Shown here one piece after another: positions 61,101 through 64,000 of a DNA stretch of 64,000 nucleotides. Under the pieces are notes generated by a model. The model made no database searches and was not told where the DNA came from. It was given only the letters and a program-made list of their open reading frames with translations. How positions within the stretch are numbered: position 1 is the first letter of the stretch; every line of letters starts with the position of its first letter. Both the position numbers and the translations under genes were made by a program. The stretch spans positions 1,426,001-1,490,000 of the forward strand of contig NW_025765725.1 in the NCBI RefSeq assembly GCF_003918875.1, written 5' to 3'. The stretch comes from Haliotis rubra. Taxonomy: Eukaryota.

Positions 61101-63230
61101 CGTTTGTGGTCACACCACCCCAGAGAGGGTTGTGTCCATTCAAATCACCCATGAATATACAAGGCTTGGGTAGTTGATCGTAGAGGGTTTGTAGATCAGC
61201 CTGCTGAAGAGTTGATGAAGGTGGAATGTACAATGAACAAAGAGTAAGTGTAACGTTCAAAGTAATTCGCACTGCAACTGCTTGAAGATTAGTTTTGAGT
61301 GTCACAGGGCTATGAATAACATCATGCCTTACAATGATTGATGATCCTCCAGTGGCTCTATCACCAGGTGGAGAAAAATAATGATATGCATTATAGTGAC
61401 GGAAGTTAAAAGTATTTGTCTGCAAGCAGAATGCTAAAGGTTTAAAGTCTTGGCCTAATAGGTGCAGTTCTTTAAGATTAGTCTCTAGGCCTCTGCAATT
61501 CCACTGAATAATTTGTGAAGTAACTATTTCTTCGGAGGGTTTATTGGGGATCTACCCCTTGCTTTTCCTTGAGGGCGATAGGCTATGTGCCCTAATTTGG
61601 ATGTTTTCGGACACATCCATGTCCTCTAAGGATCCGAACTTATTAAAAACTTGGATTTTGTCATTTGAACCTTTGGAGGCTCTGCTACTGACATTTTTGC
61701 AAATCATTTCTGGCTTTGATTTTATTTTTGGTAGGATGTTTCCCATTATTTTGTGATTGATGTTTTGGTATGGGCTGTGATGATGATGAGGATGATTGTT
61801 CTTGAGAAGATGACCGTTACTAAACTTGAACTGTTTTTGGAATTGATTCAGCAGTCTGAGTGGACTGGTTGAGTATATTTCAGGTTTTTCTGTATCCACC
61901 CATGTCAGATCAGTTTGGCACAGTGTTGATGAAGTGGATACATTTGATTTGTGACTGATGGCAGAGGGTGATCTCGTAACTGAGGCATAAGATGTGTTTA
62001 GTTCTGTTCGGGAAACAACAAGTTTCTTGGCATCAGTAAAACTGATATTCTGTGTGAAGTTAATTTTATTAATCTCCATTTGTTGATTCCAGATAGGACA
62101 TTGTTTAGAGTAAGATGAATGTGTCCCAGAGCAGTTGGCGCATTTTTTAATTTTATTATTGCAATCCTCAGTAACATGAGTTTTCTCACTGCAATGAGCG
62201 CATGTTACCGAGTACATGTATTGGCATCGTGTCCGTATTTTTGGCATTTGAAACATCTCAGTGGATTGGTAATATAAGTATCAACACTGATATTGCAATA
62301 TCCTGCTCTAATTGATTTTGGAATGGTTGGAGAAGAAAAATGGAAGAATTAAGTATTAGTAGGTTTTGTTTCAGAGTTTATTCGGGTTGTAAATCGTTTA
62401 ACAAATGTTACTCCTTGCTCTTTCATTTCTGACACGATATCAAGTTCAGTCAAGTCAGCAAACAATCGATCTCTATCTCAGACCATCCCTTTGCTTGTGT
62501 TCAGAGTCCTGTGCGGGGAACCGAGACCTGAACTCCAACGAACATTTGAGTAGACATCAGGTTGGGGGATTGTTGTTTTCTGCTACACTCAATAAGTAGA
62601 GAGCCTGAACGCAATCGTTTGATATTTCTGACCTCACCTGCGATACCTTGTATACCTTTTGATACTGCAAAAGGGTTTAATTTCACTGGTGATTTGTAAA
62701 GAGTCTCAATAACGAGAAATCGTGGCCAATATTCGAAGTGAGTTGGACGGTCGAGGTTCATCATCATCATTGTCAAGCTGACGTTTGTTTCTTTTAAGGG
62801 GGTTTGTGTAAGCCATAGCTAATGTAGCATGGTTCATCATCTGAGCTCCCCACCCACCACGGAGTATCATGAAGACAATGCAAAAAACAAGTAGGTCTCC
62901 AACTTGCAGCACCAAGGATACTCAGATGATATACTCCAGCAGAAGAACTAACAGAATAATTATCAATAGCTGTATTGGCCCATGAGCCACCGCCTTCTGG
63001 GCATACGATTCTAGGCAAATTTAACATTTTTTAAATTTATAATCAATATAAGCTCAGAGAATTAATTTGGCCAATACCCAAAAGAGGATCATTTAGTGAA
63101 ATAACATTTGTGCAAGATGAAAATAGAATGCACAGGGCTTGGCGTGACCAGCCGATTGATTGAACCGGGCCCATTCAACCACTCGTCTAAGTGAAGTAAG
63201 GGGCGAAGTGGTGTGTTGGACAAAGGGACG
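58176..63230 (-). mobile_element. Near-full-length Nimb/I-clade LINE (ORF1 Zn knuckles; ORF2 APE-RT-RNase H), frameshifted, 3' end lost in gap
   Basis: QWNCRGL, GDLNGH, GSDHFP; FDLEKAYD, GVPQGSILS, LFVDD; RNase H FTD..K, IFTAEA, IFSDS, WLPSHVGISGN. Confidence 0.93.
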
Positions 63231-63379
63231 CTGTTCCTGGAACGGTTTTGTTGGAACCCAGGCTATCTCAGTTCAACGGGCCATTGCAGTAGTCGAGCCC
63301 AGATGTTACCATAGCATTGACTAGGACTTCTGCGACTGAGGGGTCAATATAACGCCTTATTTGGCTGATATTTCTGCAG

Positions 63380-64000
63380 CCAGAATTTACATATTGGTCA
63401 ATGGTGTGTGCGGTATCCATGGTGACTCCGACATTCGTTGCATTGCTACTTTGCGAGATTCTGCGTTGCTCACAAACGCACAGTGGAATCTGTCAGTTAG
63501 ATACGAGGAGAACCATTGTGAGGCTTTTCCTCTGACTCCAATACAGGATTCTCGTCGTGAAATCATTACTTGGTGATTTATTGTATCAAATGCTGCTGAC
63601 AGGTCCAACAGAATAAGAGTGTCAGCTCCGTCAGAGTCCATTGCTTTCAATAGGTCATTTTGTACGCGAAGGAGAGCTGTTTCTGTGCTGTGCTCTGTAC
63701 TCTATAGGCTGACAGCATAACTTCACCAAGATTGTTATCCTTGTTGTGCTGCTGCAGTTGGTTTGCTACTGCTTTTCTATTACTCTAGAGAGGAATGGTA
63801 GGTTTGGCACGGACATGTAATTACGAAGGTTGTCGGAATCAAGACTGGGTTTCTTCAACAGAGGAGTGATGAGAGCCTCTTTTTCATGAAGTTGGCATTT
63901 CACCCTAAAGAAAGACCGATTGACAACGTTCTGGCAGTTCTTCAGCAACCATGTCGGAATTGGATCCAGACTACATGACTTTGTTGGGCTCTTTCTGATG
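63380..64000 (-). mobile_element. L2-clade LINE RT fragment running off the window
   Basis: LLKKPSLD...NLPFLSRVIEK, HSTETALLRVQNDL, LILLDLSAAFDTINH. Confidence 0.88.

Overview
AT-rich animal genomic DNA. It is most likely a gastropod mollusc, possibly abalone; this is inferred from the SINE families and gene content and was not verified. It is not prokaryotic and has no CRISPR array. Host genes: (1) a convergent, inverted pair of 11-exon divergent ionotropic receptor (iGluR/IR-type) genes. IR-A (+, 12016-18101) splices to an open 641-aa frame if one GC donor is used; IR-B (-, 37794-31004) has a 1-nt frameshift in exon 6. (2) Two direct-orientation paralogues of an intronless secreted coiled-coil + YWTD-like beta-propeller gene. 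One is cut off by a 53-bp minisatellite (7454-), the other is frameshifted (56164-57474) with a Tc1 element inserted into its TATA box. A decayed Polinton/Maverick-like region lies between the IR genes, with two oppositely oriented protein-primed PolB relics and an rve integrase. The rest is mobile DNA: Nimb/I, CR1/L2 and Penelope-like retroelements, three SINE families, a gag-only Gypsy LTR element nested in a LINE nested in a TTAA-flanked element, Tc1 derivatives and minisatellites. The most unusual object is a 750-bp non-coding insertion (9048-9797) with no target-site duplication. It carries a 146-nt hairpin with repeated tandem G.A mismatches and a c(GAAA)g loop, plus asymmetric 14-bp inverted repeats, which suggests a single-stranded-DNA transposition intermediate. 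All alignments and splicing were done by eye.
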